From the NCBI GenBank assembly GCA_002269645.1, contig NIVC01001364.1, positions 62,001-126,000 on the forward strand: a DNA stretch of 64,000 nt, in the 5' to 3' direction. The notes under the pieces were generated by a model. It was not told the origin of the DNA. It did not search any database and worked only from the letters and a program-made list of their open reading frames with translations. The position numbers were made by a program, and so were the translations under genes. Every line of letters starts with the position of its first letter. The stretch's first letter is position 1. This document shows positions 25,317 to 37,625 of the stretch, one piece after another. Source of the stretch: Macrostomum lignano (taxonomy: Eukaryota).

Positions 25317-25924
25317 TTTTTTCAAGTCAACAAATCCAAGTAACGCAGTCCATATTGAACAGCAGTAAACAATTGACTATTAAATTTACTGACATACAGA
25401 GCAGTCAACTATGGACAATAGATCAGCTCGTGCTTCCAGGCTAGCTAACCTGCTCGAAACGGCCGTCGTTTCTTCTTTACCCATCGCGAGGTCGGGATCT
25501 CACTGATCTGCTGGCAGCTGCTGCTAGGATAATATAATTGTTCTCTCCTCAAGCCCCCTGCTCACCCTGAGACTTTACCAGCGCACGCATTATCTCCCAT
25601 GAGACGGGCAGCGCGGTGTCCAAAGCAGGGCAGAAGATGATCTGATTATGCCAGTCGGCGCCAGCCCCCTCCCCTCTCGATTTCCTCCTCTCCGTAGCTG
25701 AATCTCTTTCCGGCTCCCCAGAGGCAGCGGCTGTCAGCCGTATTTTGCCCGTGCTCCCCGGCTATAAAACATCCCGGACCTTCGTCCAACCATCTGTTGT
25801 CGGCGGCAGCAGAAATTCGCAGAAAAAAGTCTTACTGAACGGCTTGCCAATAGACTCAGCCGGTCTCAGCATATCCGGGTGATACGGCTAGTAGCTGGTT
25901 GGCTTCATTGAAGAGCGCGTCAAT

Positions 25925-27556
25925 ATGTCCCGACTTCTGCAGAAGATCGCCTTCTTGGCTTTCACCGGGTCCGGCGGTGCAGCCACCGTGCTCATGTTGA
26001 TCGCGGTGGCCACTCCGCAGTGGATTATTATCAAGGAGCTGTCCATCAAGAACATGCACGGCATCTCCGTACGATTCAACATGATCACCCATTCGGGTCT
26101 GTGGTGGTTCTGCTCTAGGATTGCACCCGAGCAGGGTGCCATTGAAGACAGTCAGGAGGAATGCGACACCATCTCTTATAAGGATTTTCGAGTGCAATTG
26201 CAGTACGAGAACTTCCTGCAGCCCATGGTCACGTTTTCCCTGATCAGTAAGGTTTTTTCTTTACAATCGAGTCTTTTGCTTGCGCGATAATAATATTAAT
26301 GATAATAACTGATTACACCTGCCCCAATGGGCAGATGTGCGACCGACAGCTCAGCCGCAACTATTGCGCGGCGCATCTGAAGGCTGCGTACGGCTGTTCA
26401 GTCCAAGGACTGGGCGGTCGCCACACAGACCCCCAATTACCCCAGCTAATGCTGGCACCCATTTTACAGCTGGGTGAACTGAAGCACTGCAGAGTTAAGT
26501 GTCTTGCTCAAGGACACAAATCGTTCCGAGTAGGTCGACAATCGAACTCCAGACTTTTCAGTCGCGAGTCCGACGCTCTAACCACTAGGCTGAAACTTTA
26601 CAGTACTTCACAGCAAATGTCCATGCTATTTTACCTGACTCTGAGGCTGAAGTTACCAAATTTCCAGACAACTTCAAGATGGGCACTCCGCTCTACATGG
26701 TCAGCCTGGCCTTCCTCATCATCGCCAATGTGATGTCGCTGTTTCAAAACTCCAACAGAATCTTCTTCCCGTTCATCAACGCGATATTGTTGATATTTTC
26801 AAGTAAGGCGGCAATTTTTATCCAACCGAGATTTGTTTGTTATCATTAAACTGCTTAGTCTACTACTACTCAGATCCTATCAGGATCTCTTGAAATCAAT
26901 AGCAATAGCAAACCCATGCACGCGCAGGCCTACTGCTGTCCATGGGCTGCATCTACTTCATCGGCGCAGTGGACTTCGAAGGCCTCAACGATCACCCGGA
27001 GGAGAAGTACCGGCCCGTGAGCTATGAATTCGGCTACTGCTTCAAGCTGGTCTGGCTCTCCTTCCTCCTTGAGAACCTGGCCATCGCTGTCAACGTCTAC
27101 CTGTGGATGAGCTACCGCAGCGAGGACCTGAAGCATCAGCGGGAAAATATTGCCAGCTTCAAGAACATCGCCATGCAGATGGTGCCGCTGGGACGCGGCG
27201 GCCGAGGCGGCGGCGGCGGCGGCGGCCGAGGCGCCACAGCATCCTCCGTCGAGCGGGGCACTCGGGCGCCGTTCGCTGCCGCCGCTTGCACCTGCACTGA
27301 CGGAGACGTCGCCGGGGGGCCCTCAGCTCCGACCGCTGGCGATCCGGCCGCCTCCGCTATCGACCAGGAGGTCGGACCGGAGTCTAGCGAAGTGCCTCAG
27401 CCGGCGCAGCCGCAGTCGGCGCAGCAGCAGCGACTGGAGTTGGCCATGCAGCACTGGGGCTTTCTGAAGAGCCCCGCCAAGCTGAGCCGGCTTGAGCAGA
27501 AGCGGGCTGACAGCCTCGCCCGCCAGGTGATGGTGCGAGCCACCACCAGCAAGTGA
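25925..27556 (+). CDS. Claudin/PMP22-superfamily tetraspan protein, TARP/CACNG (stargazin)-like; exons 25925-26246, 26668-26802, 26928-27556
   Basis: Four hydrophobic helices; MITHSGLWWFC resembles the stargazin MTHSGLW..C motif; YEFGYCF before TM4; both introns GTAAG...CAG in consistent phase 1. Confidence 0.85.
26292..26600 (-). mobile_element. Near full-length tRNA-derived CORE-type SINE in intron 1 of the CACNG-like gene
   Basis: Reverse complement has A-box-like cctagtggtt, B-box-like gttcgattg, tgtgtccttgagcaagacactt...gctgtaaaatgggt core and an AT-rich tail. Confidence 0.9.
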
Positions 27557-28988
27557 ACTGGGCGAGATCGGAGCTGAAAAGTCCTGGTTCATCCTTCATG
27601 CTAATTTTTCTAAAAGGTGAGAACAGACTGACAGCTACTAAAAAGCACAACGGCTCTCGGACGCAGAAAGTGTCAACCTAAAGGCATCAAACAACTACTT
27701 TGCAAGATTCTGACACTAAAGCACTGACACTAAAAGTTCCATTGGTTTACTGTTTAACCGATAAATGCTTATTATGTACTTTATGCATCGATCGCTACAT
27801 AAAAGTTACTCTTAAAATAGCAATTAAGTCAATTAGGCAAATTTCTTTGGCAATGATGTCATTGAGTTGACTGTTGGCTACAACATTCGCTTTGAATGCA
27901 GCTTTTAAAAAGTGAATACAAAATTTATCGCAAAACAATCAATCCACTGTACTGCTTTGAACCTAGCATTTCACAGATTTTTTCATCAGAAATAAAAAAT
28001 TATAAAAAGTCATTCTACACAGTACTTACTACTTACATAGTAGTATACAGTATACAATATATAGTATACGCTCGTAGTAGTTGTATGTTCTATGGTGTCT
28101 AACATTGTCACATACAGGGGATAGTACACTTTTAAATAAAAGCTCTTCAGTTGGACTTGGAAGCTGTGTGCACCCTGGCGCACTTATGCGACATTGTCAG
28201 ACAACCGGCGAGAGGCATTACTGCCCATTTCGCCGACTCCCCTGAGCAGGCATACAAGCGCGCGGATACGTATGCAGTCATACGCACAGGCACACACTCA
28301 CACAGGAGTGTACAGCGGCCCTAACTTTATTTATCGATAGGCATGTACACTTCACTGTGCCTTGGGGGTTGGCCCTCAAGGGCGTTAATTGAGGCAAGCC
28401 GAGATTCCAATTTTGCCCCAAATTAATGTGACTGCACTTGGAATCGAGCCTGGGCCGCTGGCACATCAGAGCGCCGCGCCAGACCACTACGGCCCCCCCT
28501 CAATATCTCTTTAATTAACCCTTCTTAATAATCCCCGTTTTTTCTTCAAAATTCTCATTTTGTATCCTTAAAAAATCCCTATCCTATTTGCTCTTTTTGG
28601 CGGCGTTCGAATCCTGCAGTCTTTCTGAGGCTGGGGGGGGGAGGCTGGACACCCTTCGCCCCTCCCCTGTCCTTCCATCCACATTTTTCGATCGGGTTTT
28701 AGAAGCGCCCCGCCCTGTCACTTCTGAGGCCGGCTTCCGTTAAGCTGAACGGCTTGGCCACAGTCCGATTGGCCGGATGGGGAATACGGGGTGACAGGGA
28801 GGGGAAGCGAGAGGAATAGAGGGGGAGAGTGGGAACGCTTAAGCATATTTTGTGCTCACGATGGGGTGACGCGTGGGTGCGGCTTCACTGCATGGTCATC
28901 AGATTTCCCATATGCGCATTGCTGCTGGGCTTGGCTTTAAAATTTAATTCATTTGTCAGAGGTTCAATCGGAGGGGGCAAACCCGGTG

Positions 28989-29824
28989 ATGATGGACCAG
29001 CAGCAGCTGCTTCTACGCATCCTCCTGCCAGCCTGCGGTGGCGCTGTTGGGCTCGCTGCTCTGCTGTTTGCCATCGGACTGCTGTGCCACCGGCTGGCCA
29101 GATGCTGCAGCTGCTGCTCCACAGGTGACAAGTCCTTGGAGGAGATTTCGCACAGGTGAGCGCTGCCTATATTACCTGCTGATGGTGACAGGGGCCCTTT
29201 AGTCTATCAGTCTAGTGGTTAGAGCGTCGGACTCACGACTTGAAAGTCGGGAGTTCGATTCCTGATCCTACTCGTAACAATTTGTGTCCTTGAGCAAGAC
29301 ACTTTACCCTCTCTGCATTGCTTCAGTTCTCGCCAGCTGTAAAATGGGTGCCAGCTTTAGCTGGGGTATTTCAGGGTGTGTGGCGACCCCCCAGTCCTTG
29401 GACTGAACAGCCGTACGCAGCCTTCAGATGCGCCGCGCAAATAGCTGCGGCTGAGCTGTCGGTTGCACATCGGGCCAATATTATTATGATTACTATCAGG
29501 CAAGTGGCGAGGACAGTCTACCCGAAGACAGTGACATCCACAGGCACTCATTCACGCAGGGGTGTACAGCGGCCCTGACTTTCTCAACGTCAGGCAGTGT
29601 GTACACAGCCTGCTGCACCTGGGTTGATACTCAGACGGAGTTCGGAGCAAGAATTCAGGGGGGGGGCATTGACACCAAATTAGAAGTGAGTCCCTGCTGT
29701 AGTGAATGACAGACAGACAGACAGCAGGCTACCAGATAATAATTAGCAATTGCAAATAAACTGACAGAGTAGTGGCGCAGCTCAAAGGTGAGTTAGCGCT
29801 CCCGCAGATGCGAGCGGAAGAGAG

Positions 29825-29903
<79 letters not shown>

Positions 29904-29906
29904 AAA

Positions 29907-29966
<60 letters not shown>

Positions 29967-32900
29967 TGAACAGTAAAAATCTACAATTGAGAAATCGGCC
30001 CCAATTATGAGTGCTACCCGCCCCCCCCCCGCTAGCGCGGCCCTTCATCCGCTCTGCTCTTACCTCTCATCCTCATGTCCTCTCTCAATGATGAGGTGAG
30101 CAGCAGAGCCATCGCGCCTAGCTAGCTGTATTCATAAATAATAATTACAGGCATTGCAAAATTTGCAAATTTAATTGCTTCGCTTTTAATTGTTTGTTTT
30201 AATTATATATATTTGTATGGTAGCTTGCCTTTAAATTCAATCAAATTTAGCGATGCTTTGTTAATAACTAAATACTTATAACTATTAACTAAGAAATATA
30301 AATAGACTCTGAGATACTAGACTCTGAAATGACATTCAGAAACTATGACATTGAGACACAATGACATTGAGACACAATGACCTTCAGACACAATGACATT
30401 CAGACACGATGACATTTAAACACAATGACATTCAGACACACTGAATGACAATGACATTGAGACACAATGACATTGAGACACACTGAATGACATTAAGACA
30501 CACTAACATTGAGATACAATGATTGAGACACAATGACATTAAGACACACTAACATTGAGATACAATGATTGAGACACAATGACATTAAGAAACAATGACA
30601 TTCAGACACAATGACATTGAGACACAATGACATTCAGAAACACTGAATGACATTGAGACACAATGACATTGAGACACAATGAATGACATTCAGACACACT
30701 GAATGACATTCAGACACACTGAATGATATTCAGACACACTGAATGACATTGAGACACAATGACATTAAGACACACTAACATTGAGATACAATGACATTGA
30801 GACACACTAACATTGAGATACAATGACATTGAGACACAATGAATGACATTCAGACACACTGAATGACATTCAGACACACTGAATGATATTCAGACACACT
30901 GAATGACATTGAGACACAATGACATTAAGACACACTAACATTGAGATACAATGACATTGAGACACACTAACATTGAGATACAATGACATTGAGACACACT
31001 AACATTAAGATACAATGAAATTGAGACCCAATGACATTAAGACACAATAGCATTGAGACACAATGACATTGAGACACACTGAGGCTCATTTAGACTCAAC
31101 CCCCCCCCCACCCAACTGCAGGCGGCGGCCTCAGCAGGTGATATCGCACGAGGTGCGCAGCCTGCCAGACGTTGATCCGCTGCACCTGTTTGCGCCAAAC
31201 GAACGGCAGCCAGTCTGCATCTATCGAAGCGGCGAGCAGCCGGACATTGGCGCCATCTTCACGGTGGAGACCAGCAGACTGCGAAGTAGCTGTTGTGAGA
31301 CCCCTTTGCCTTTCTGACTGCATTGCATTCTGTAATGTTATGGGTTCTGGCTAAATAGACTGTTCTGTTCTGTTCTGTTCTGTTCTGTTCTGTTCTGTTC
31401 TGTTCTGTTCTGTTCTGTTCTGTTCTGTTCTGTTCTGTTCTGTTCTGTTCTGTTCTGTTCTGTTCTGTTCTGTTCTGTTCTGTTCTGTTCTGTTCTGTTC
31501 TGTTCTGTTCTGTTCTGTTCTGTTCTGTTCTGTTCTGTTCTGTTCTGTTCTGTTCTGTTCTGTTCTGTTCTGTTCTGTTCTGTTCTGTTCTGTTCTGTTC
31601 TGTTCTGTTCTGTTCTGTTCTGTTCTGTCGCTCACTCCAGCCTCTCCAGCCTCAAATGGGGTGAGCCATCTAGCTCACGCTCGGCAGATTCCGAGCATTG
31701 CTCATGATTAGCCGCTTGTATATCGATCGGCACTGCTCAATTTGTGTCCCAACCCTTGAATCTGAGGCGCAGTTTCTCATCATATTTATTTATTGATCGG
31801 ATCTTCTTAGCCAGTCTAAAAAGTGCAAAATGGCCAAATAGAAATTAACTTTTGCCACTCCACTCGGTTAATTTGAACCACTGCAGCCGCCAAAATCGAG
31901 AGATCTACTCGACAGAAGGGCTCCAGCAGCAGTGAGTCAGCATTTAATAACTGATTTTGCTTTTTGCTTTTGAGCATTCTGGTTTCGAATTAGAGTTTGC
32001 TTTGATATTCTCATCAGTAATTTGCATCAAGCAGTTTGCACCTGAACCAATGTAGTTTGCACCTGAAGCAATATAGCTTACACCTGAAGCAATATAGTTT
32101 ACACCTGAAGCAATATAGTTTACACCTGAAGCAATATAGTTTACACCTGAAGCAATATAGCTTACACCTGAAGCAATATAGTTTACACCTGAAGCAATAT
32201 AGCTTACACCTGAAGCAATATAGTTTACACCTGAAGCAATATAGTTTACACCTGAAGCAATATAGTTTACACCTGAAGCAATATAGTTTACACCTGAAGC
32301 AATATAGCTTACACCTGAATCAATATAGTTTACACCTGAAGCAATATAGCTTACACCTGAAGCAATATAGTTTACACCTGAAGCAATATAGCTTACACCT
32401 GAAGCAATATAGTTTACACCTGAAGCAATATAGCTTACACCTGAAGCAATATAGTTTACACCTGAAGCAATATAGTTTACACCTGAAGCAATATAGTTTA
32501 CACCTGAAGCAATATAGTTTACACCTGAAGCAATATAGTTTACACCTGAAGCAATATAGCTTACACCTGAAGCAATATAGTTTACACCTGAAGCAATATA
32601 GTTTACACCTGAAGCAATATAGCTTACACCTGAAGCAATATAGTTTACACCTGAAGCAATATAGCTTACACCTGAAGCAATATAGTTTACACCTGAAGCA
32701 ATATAGTTTACACCTGAAGCAATATAGTTTACACCTGAAGCAATATAGCTTACACCTGAAGCAATATAGTTTACACCTGAAGCAATATAGCTTACACCTG
32801 AAGCAATATAGTTTACACCTGAAGCAATATAGCTTACACCTGAAGCAATATAGTTTACACCTGAAGCAATATAGCTTACACCTGAAGCAATATAGTTTAC

Positions 32901-35900
32901 ACCTGAAGCAATATAGCTTACACCTGAAGCAATATAGTTTACACCTGAAGCAATATAGCTTACACCTGAAGCAATATAGTTTACACCTGAAGCAATATAG
33001 CTTACACCTGAAGCAATATAGTTTACACCTGAAGCAATATAGTTTACACCTGAAGCAATATAGTTTACACCTGAAGCAATATAGTTTACACCTGAAGCAA
33101 TATAGTTTACACCTGAAGCAATATAGTTTACACCTGAAGCAATATAGTTTACACCTGAAGCAATATAGCTTACACCTGAAGCAATATAGTTTACACCTGA
33201 AGCAATATAGTTTACACCTGAAGCAATATAGCTTACACCTGAAGCAATATAGTTTACACCTGAAGCAATATAGTTTACACCTGAAGCAATATAGTTTACA
33301 CCTGAAGCAATATAGTTTACACCTGAAGCAATATAGTTTACACCTGAAGCAATATAGTTTACACCTGAAGCAATATAGCTTACACCTGAAGCAATATAGT
33401 TTACACCTGAAGCAATATAGCTTACACCTGAAGCAATATAGTTTACACCTGAAGCAATATAGTTTACACCTGAAGCAATATAGCTTACACCTGAAGCAAT
33501 ATAGCTTACACCTGAAGCAATATAGCTTACACCCTCCGAAATTTTGATTTACAATACACAAAAAAGATTAACATATTTTTCAGCCCAACAAATCAAGCTC
33601 GAATTCGAGATCGAATCCACAGTGGAAAAGAAGCATCAGAAAAAGGTTTGGCTTAGCTCGTAAAACTTTTTGAATAAGACAGTTTTTGAATAGCACAGAA
33701 AATTCTCGAATTTATTAATTTCCAGGTGAATTTGCCCAAGTTGTGGCGCCAGTGGAAGACGCGACAGCCGTCCACCGAAGAGAATATCTACATCCACGAT
33801 CCGCCAGGTAGGCACAAACTACTTGTATGAGTAGAAATGCTATAATTTGAATGCTGCGATTGGTAGCTACCACCATTATATGGTAACGCATCAATGCCAG
33901 ACAGCTTCGTGCATTAAATTGCCGAAAAAGAAAGGGCATGTCAACTTAAGCTCATAAAGTGGAGTACCTAATTATGCCCTTGGTTGTTATCCCCTATCCC
34001 AAGTCCAATTTTTGTCACTTTTTTGCCAAACCCAGCTTCCTGGTGTCACTTTGAACAGAATGACGTATAATTTGTGTACATTGGTTACTAGGGCTTCACT
34101 TTTTGAGCTTAAGTTGACATGCCCTTTCATTAATAGTCCATGACTCCGTGAAAAACACCCACCCTAAAAACACCAACCCCAAAAACACCCACCCCAAAAA
34201 CACCCACCCCCAAAACACCCACCCAAAAACGCTCACCCCAAAAACACCCACCCAAAAACACCCAACCACAAAACACTCACTCCAAAAACACCCCCAAAAA
34301 CACCCGCCTCAAAAACACCCACCCCAAAACACCCACCCTAAAAACACCCACCCCAAAAACGCTCACCCCAAAAACACCCACCCAAAAACACCCACCCACA
34401 AAACACCCACCCCAAAAACACCCACCCAAAAACACCCACCCACAAAACACCCACCCTAAAAACACCCACCCAAAAACACCCCCAAAAACACCCACCCAAA
34501 AACACCCACCCAAAATACCCACCCCAAAACACCCACCCCAAAAACACCCACCCCAAAAACACCCACCCCAAAAACACCCACCCCAAAAACGCTCACCGCA
34601 AAAACCAACCCAAAATATTCACTCGCATCTAAAATGTTTCAGGCCACGCATGCGGCCTGCCCTGCTGCAGCTTGGACTCGACCACCGCTGCCGAAATTCG
34701 TCGCTTCCTGGCTGCGGAGACAGCGGCCTTGCATGCAGCCGGAGGCGGTCACCGTTCGGCAGCAGATGTCGGCGCGTTCTATCTCCCAGTGACGCATGGG
34801 CACCAGCGCTCCACCGGCGCTGTCGCCGACGGCGCCGCAACGAAGCAGCGCGGCAAGGTGACTCGGCGCGTTAATTACGTCGACTCCGTGCGCGTTGTTC
34901 AGTCGGTCGGAAACGGCGCCGGCGCCGCCACCAGCGTCGGCGTCGTCGATGAGGCTCAGCCGTACAATTCGCGGATCGCCTTTCAGCCCAGGCAGAAGCG
35001 AATCTTCGGCCCGGCCACCGCGTCCGAAACTGAGCCCGGCACCCTGCTGTTTTCCAGGCCTAACCTTGCAGGTAACTTTGATTCCTCCCCTAGCAACCAT
35101 CACAGCCTCCCTAGCAACCATGACAGCCTCCTCTAACAAAAATCACAATCTCTCCTAGCAACCACCCCAGCTTCCCCTAGCAACCAACTCAGTTTCCCTA
35201 GCAACCGTCACGGGCTATCCTACTAACCAACAGCAGCCTACCCTAGCAACAACCTTAGCTTCCCCTAGCAACCCTTTAGCTTCCCTAGCAACCACCTCTG
35301 TTACCCGTAGCAATCACCGCAGCCTCCTCTAGCAACCGTCGCAGGGCTATCCTAGTAACCAACGCAGCCTACCCTAGCAACAAACTTAGCTTACCCTAGC
35401 TAGCAACGACGGCAACTTCTATTAGCAACCATCGCAGCTTTTCTAGAAGCCACATCACCCGCAACGCTGCGCAGGCCTGCGCCAGTTCGCAACGCCGGCT
35501 GACCCAGCGGAGGCCTTGATCGACCAGCTCCGAGTTCGTCAGGCCATCTGTGGGGTCGGAATGTCAACCCGGCCCGACAGCGTCGGCGGCGTCGGGCACA
35601 ACGACGACGACAGTCTGGACGTACCGTTGCACTGGTTCGACCCGCCACAGCCCGCCGCTGCAGCCGCCATGGCCTCCTCCCGCTACCGGCGGAAGCGCGG
35701 CTCCTGGGTGCTGGGCTGCGATGAGCCCTCAGGCCACTACAGCGAGGCCGAATTTCACGACTGCTGCGAGACTCCGCAGTGGCTCAAGCACACGTCGGCG
35801 CGGCTTCGACAACTGGAGGCAGCGGCGGCGGCCAAGGGTTCGCCGACGAGTTCCTTCGAGCCCGAGGAGGTCGAGTTCGACTGCCCGCCGGAGATTCTGA

Positions 35901-36055
35901 ACTCGCTGTACAGATCCGCCGGTTCCGGGGTGGTCCGATTTCGATCCCACGCAGACTGCGACTCCGATGTGGACGCGCTTTCGCAAAGTTGCTATGACAA
36001 CCCGGCTTGCGACGAGTCTGCTGAGCCGCCACTACCTGCAACTCTCATTCTGTAG
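28989..36055 (+). CDS. Orphan single-pass membrane protein, about 446 aa; exons 28989-29155, 31122-31285, 34643-35071, 35475-36055
   Basis: All four exons join in frame (phases 2,1,1); N-terminal TM (ILLPACGGAVGLAALLFAIGLLC) then HRLARCCSCCS; the donor at 31286 (GTAGCT) is weak; no recognisable domain. Confidence 0.65.
29191..29499 (+). mobile_element. Full-length tRNA-derived CORE-type SINE
   Basis: A box tctagtggtt (29211), B box gttcgattcc (29253), core tgtgtccttgagcaagacactttaccctctctg...ctgtaaaatggg similar to the MIR core, (ATT)-rich tail. Confidence 0.9.
29820..29962. repeat. (AG)n microsatellite
   Basis: Directly visible. Confidence 0.98.
30330..31080. repeat. Degenerate 16-bp minisatellite (AATGACATTGAGACAC)
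   Basis: Directly visible. Confidence 0.95.
31360..31628. repeat. (TGTTC)n microsatellite, about 53 copies
   Basis: Directly visible. Confidence 0.98.
32036..33531. repeat. 21-bp minisatellite (TTACACCTGAAGCAATATAG[T/C]), about 71 copies
   Basis: Directly visible; explains the LKQYSLH and CKLYCFR ORFs. Confidence 0.98.
33930..34128. mobile_element. MITE of about 200 bp with roughly 35-bp TIRs (GAAAGGGCATGTCAACTTAAGCTCA[T/A]AAAGTG)
   Basis: Inverted repeat read directly; a fragment of the same end (cttaagttgaca) at about 13240; no clear TSD. Confidence 0.75.
34150..34612. repeat. About 15-bp A/C-rich minisatellite (AAAAACACCCACCCC)
   Basis: Directly visible. Confidence 0.95.
35085..35435. 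repeat. Degenerate intronic array built on CCCTAGCAACC, about 12 copies
   Basis: Directly visible; fills intron 35072-35474. Confidence 0.9.
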
Positions 36056-36069
36056 ACTATCGGAGCAAT

Positions 36070-36645
36070 TACATCCTTCAATCCCTCACTCACCCACCCC
36101 ACTCTCCGTCCCTTTCAGACCCTCACTCACCCACCCCACTCCCCACCCCTCGCAGACCCTCACTCACCCACTCCACTCCTTGCCTCGCGCAGACCTCACT
36201 CACCCACTCCACTCCTTGCCTCGCGCAGACCCTTACTCACCCACCCCACTCTCCGTCCCTTTCAGACCCTCACTCACCCACCCCACTCCCCACCTCTCCC
36301 AGACCCTCACTCACCCACTCCACTCCTTGCCTCGCGCAGACCCTTACTCACCCACCCCACTCTCCGCCTCTCGCAGACCCTCATTCACCCACCCCACTCC
36401 CCACCTCTCCCAGACCCTCACTCACCCACTCCACTCCTTGCCTCGCGCAGACCCTTACTCACCCACCCCACTCTCCGCCTCTCGCAGACCCTCATTCACC
36501 CACCCCACTCCTCGCCTCTCCCAGACCCTCACTCACCCACCCCACTCTCCGTTCCTTTCAGACCCCCACTCACCCACCCCACTCCTCGCCTCTCACAGAC
36601 CCTCACTCACCCACCCCACTCTCCGTCCCTTTCAGACCCTCACTA
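36070..36645. repeat. C-rich composite minisatellite (CACTCACCCACCCCACTC / CGCAGACCCT units)
   Basis: Directly visible. Confidence 0.9.
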
Positions 36646-37625
36646 ACCATGCTATATTTATCGGATTTACTTGACACAAAAGCACAAAATCGTATTTTAT
36701 TGTTACTCGCTGAGCACCAAGAAGCTAAGTTGCGCCCTGAAGAACGGCAGATAACAAATATTTTTCTCCAATTACTGGAGAAATATTATCATAAAAAATC
36801 CTTGCTGAATGCTTGAACAATGGCGCAATTGCATTGCCTGTTATCACACACAGGATGCAGATACATCAACGGCAATCAATTATCCGTAGGTCAGTCGGCA
36901 GGAGCCGCAATCTACTGCGGGAAAAGAATCGGGAAAGCAAGAAGATTAAGATCAGTAGCCGGCTGCCTGAAAAGAACCATACAGAATAGAATTAATTAAA
37001 CCCGATCCTCTCATCGAATGGTTTGTTTGTTAGCGTAATTTCTCCCTACAAAATGCTAGCAAGAAAGATAGGAAGTGCCGAAGCAAGCCTACCTATAGCA
37101 TTTTTGTTTTACTACCAACACAGGGAACTGGTTTGCTATTTTCGCTTTAAAAATCAGCAGAAAAAAATAGGAAGGAATGCCGGTTGTTAACCGTTCAAGA
37201 CGACGTTTTTTGTTAGAAATTTTTTTCTTCCGAGATTCCGACTGTTTGTTCGGCGGCGGCAGCTGGGTCTGACAGTCACGCAACCGCGGGGTGCACTTTG
37301 CCAATGGAATTATTGGCTTAGCGGGTTTAAGATGTAGGGTAACAGCGGAACTGGGGGGTGGGGGTGAATGGGCGGATCCTCTCGTGGAATTTTAGCCTTG
37401 GGGTCGAAAATTATTCGGTGCCCGTCTGTCCCAGTCTCAGAGATCTGGCCAACAACATTTTGCACTCTGCGGTTTGAACTGTCTGAATCTGTGCAGCCGG
37501 AGGGGCCGCTCTGGGATCTGAACTGGGGGTTTGGGGTGTTTTAGTAATAATGCTATTCTACTCCTGTACCTAAATTGGTTTGCAATCACAACTAGATATT
37601 TAGAAGGGCTATAGATTTTTTTCAG

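Noticed and set aside
22129-25325. CRISPR-like regular array, and the WCWRPLVLAPLGAGAP ORFs
   Set aside because: No unique spacers, units are contiguous, no cas genes, eukaryotic context; ORFs are satellite translations
25763-25768. TATAAA as promoter of the CACNG-like gene
   Set aside because: Lies downstream of a strong acceptor at 25697, so probably exonic; cannot be decided without TSS data
29205-29265. tRNA gene (also 26540-26600 on the minus strand)
   Set aside because: A and B boxes are present but there is no acceptor stem, the anticodon positions differ between copies, and it continues into SINE body
28280-29580. Shared motif acaggcac...gtgtacagcggccct at about 28285-28322 and 29538-29578
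   Set aside because: Short fragments of an interspersed repeat; no ends or function definable
32036-33561. 503-aa and 413-aa ORFs
   Set aside because: Stop-free frames of a 21-bp repeat inside an intron
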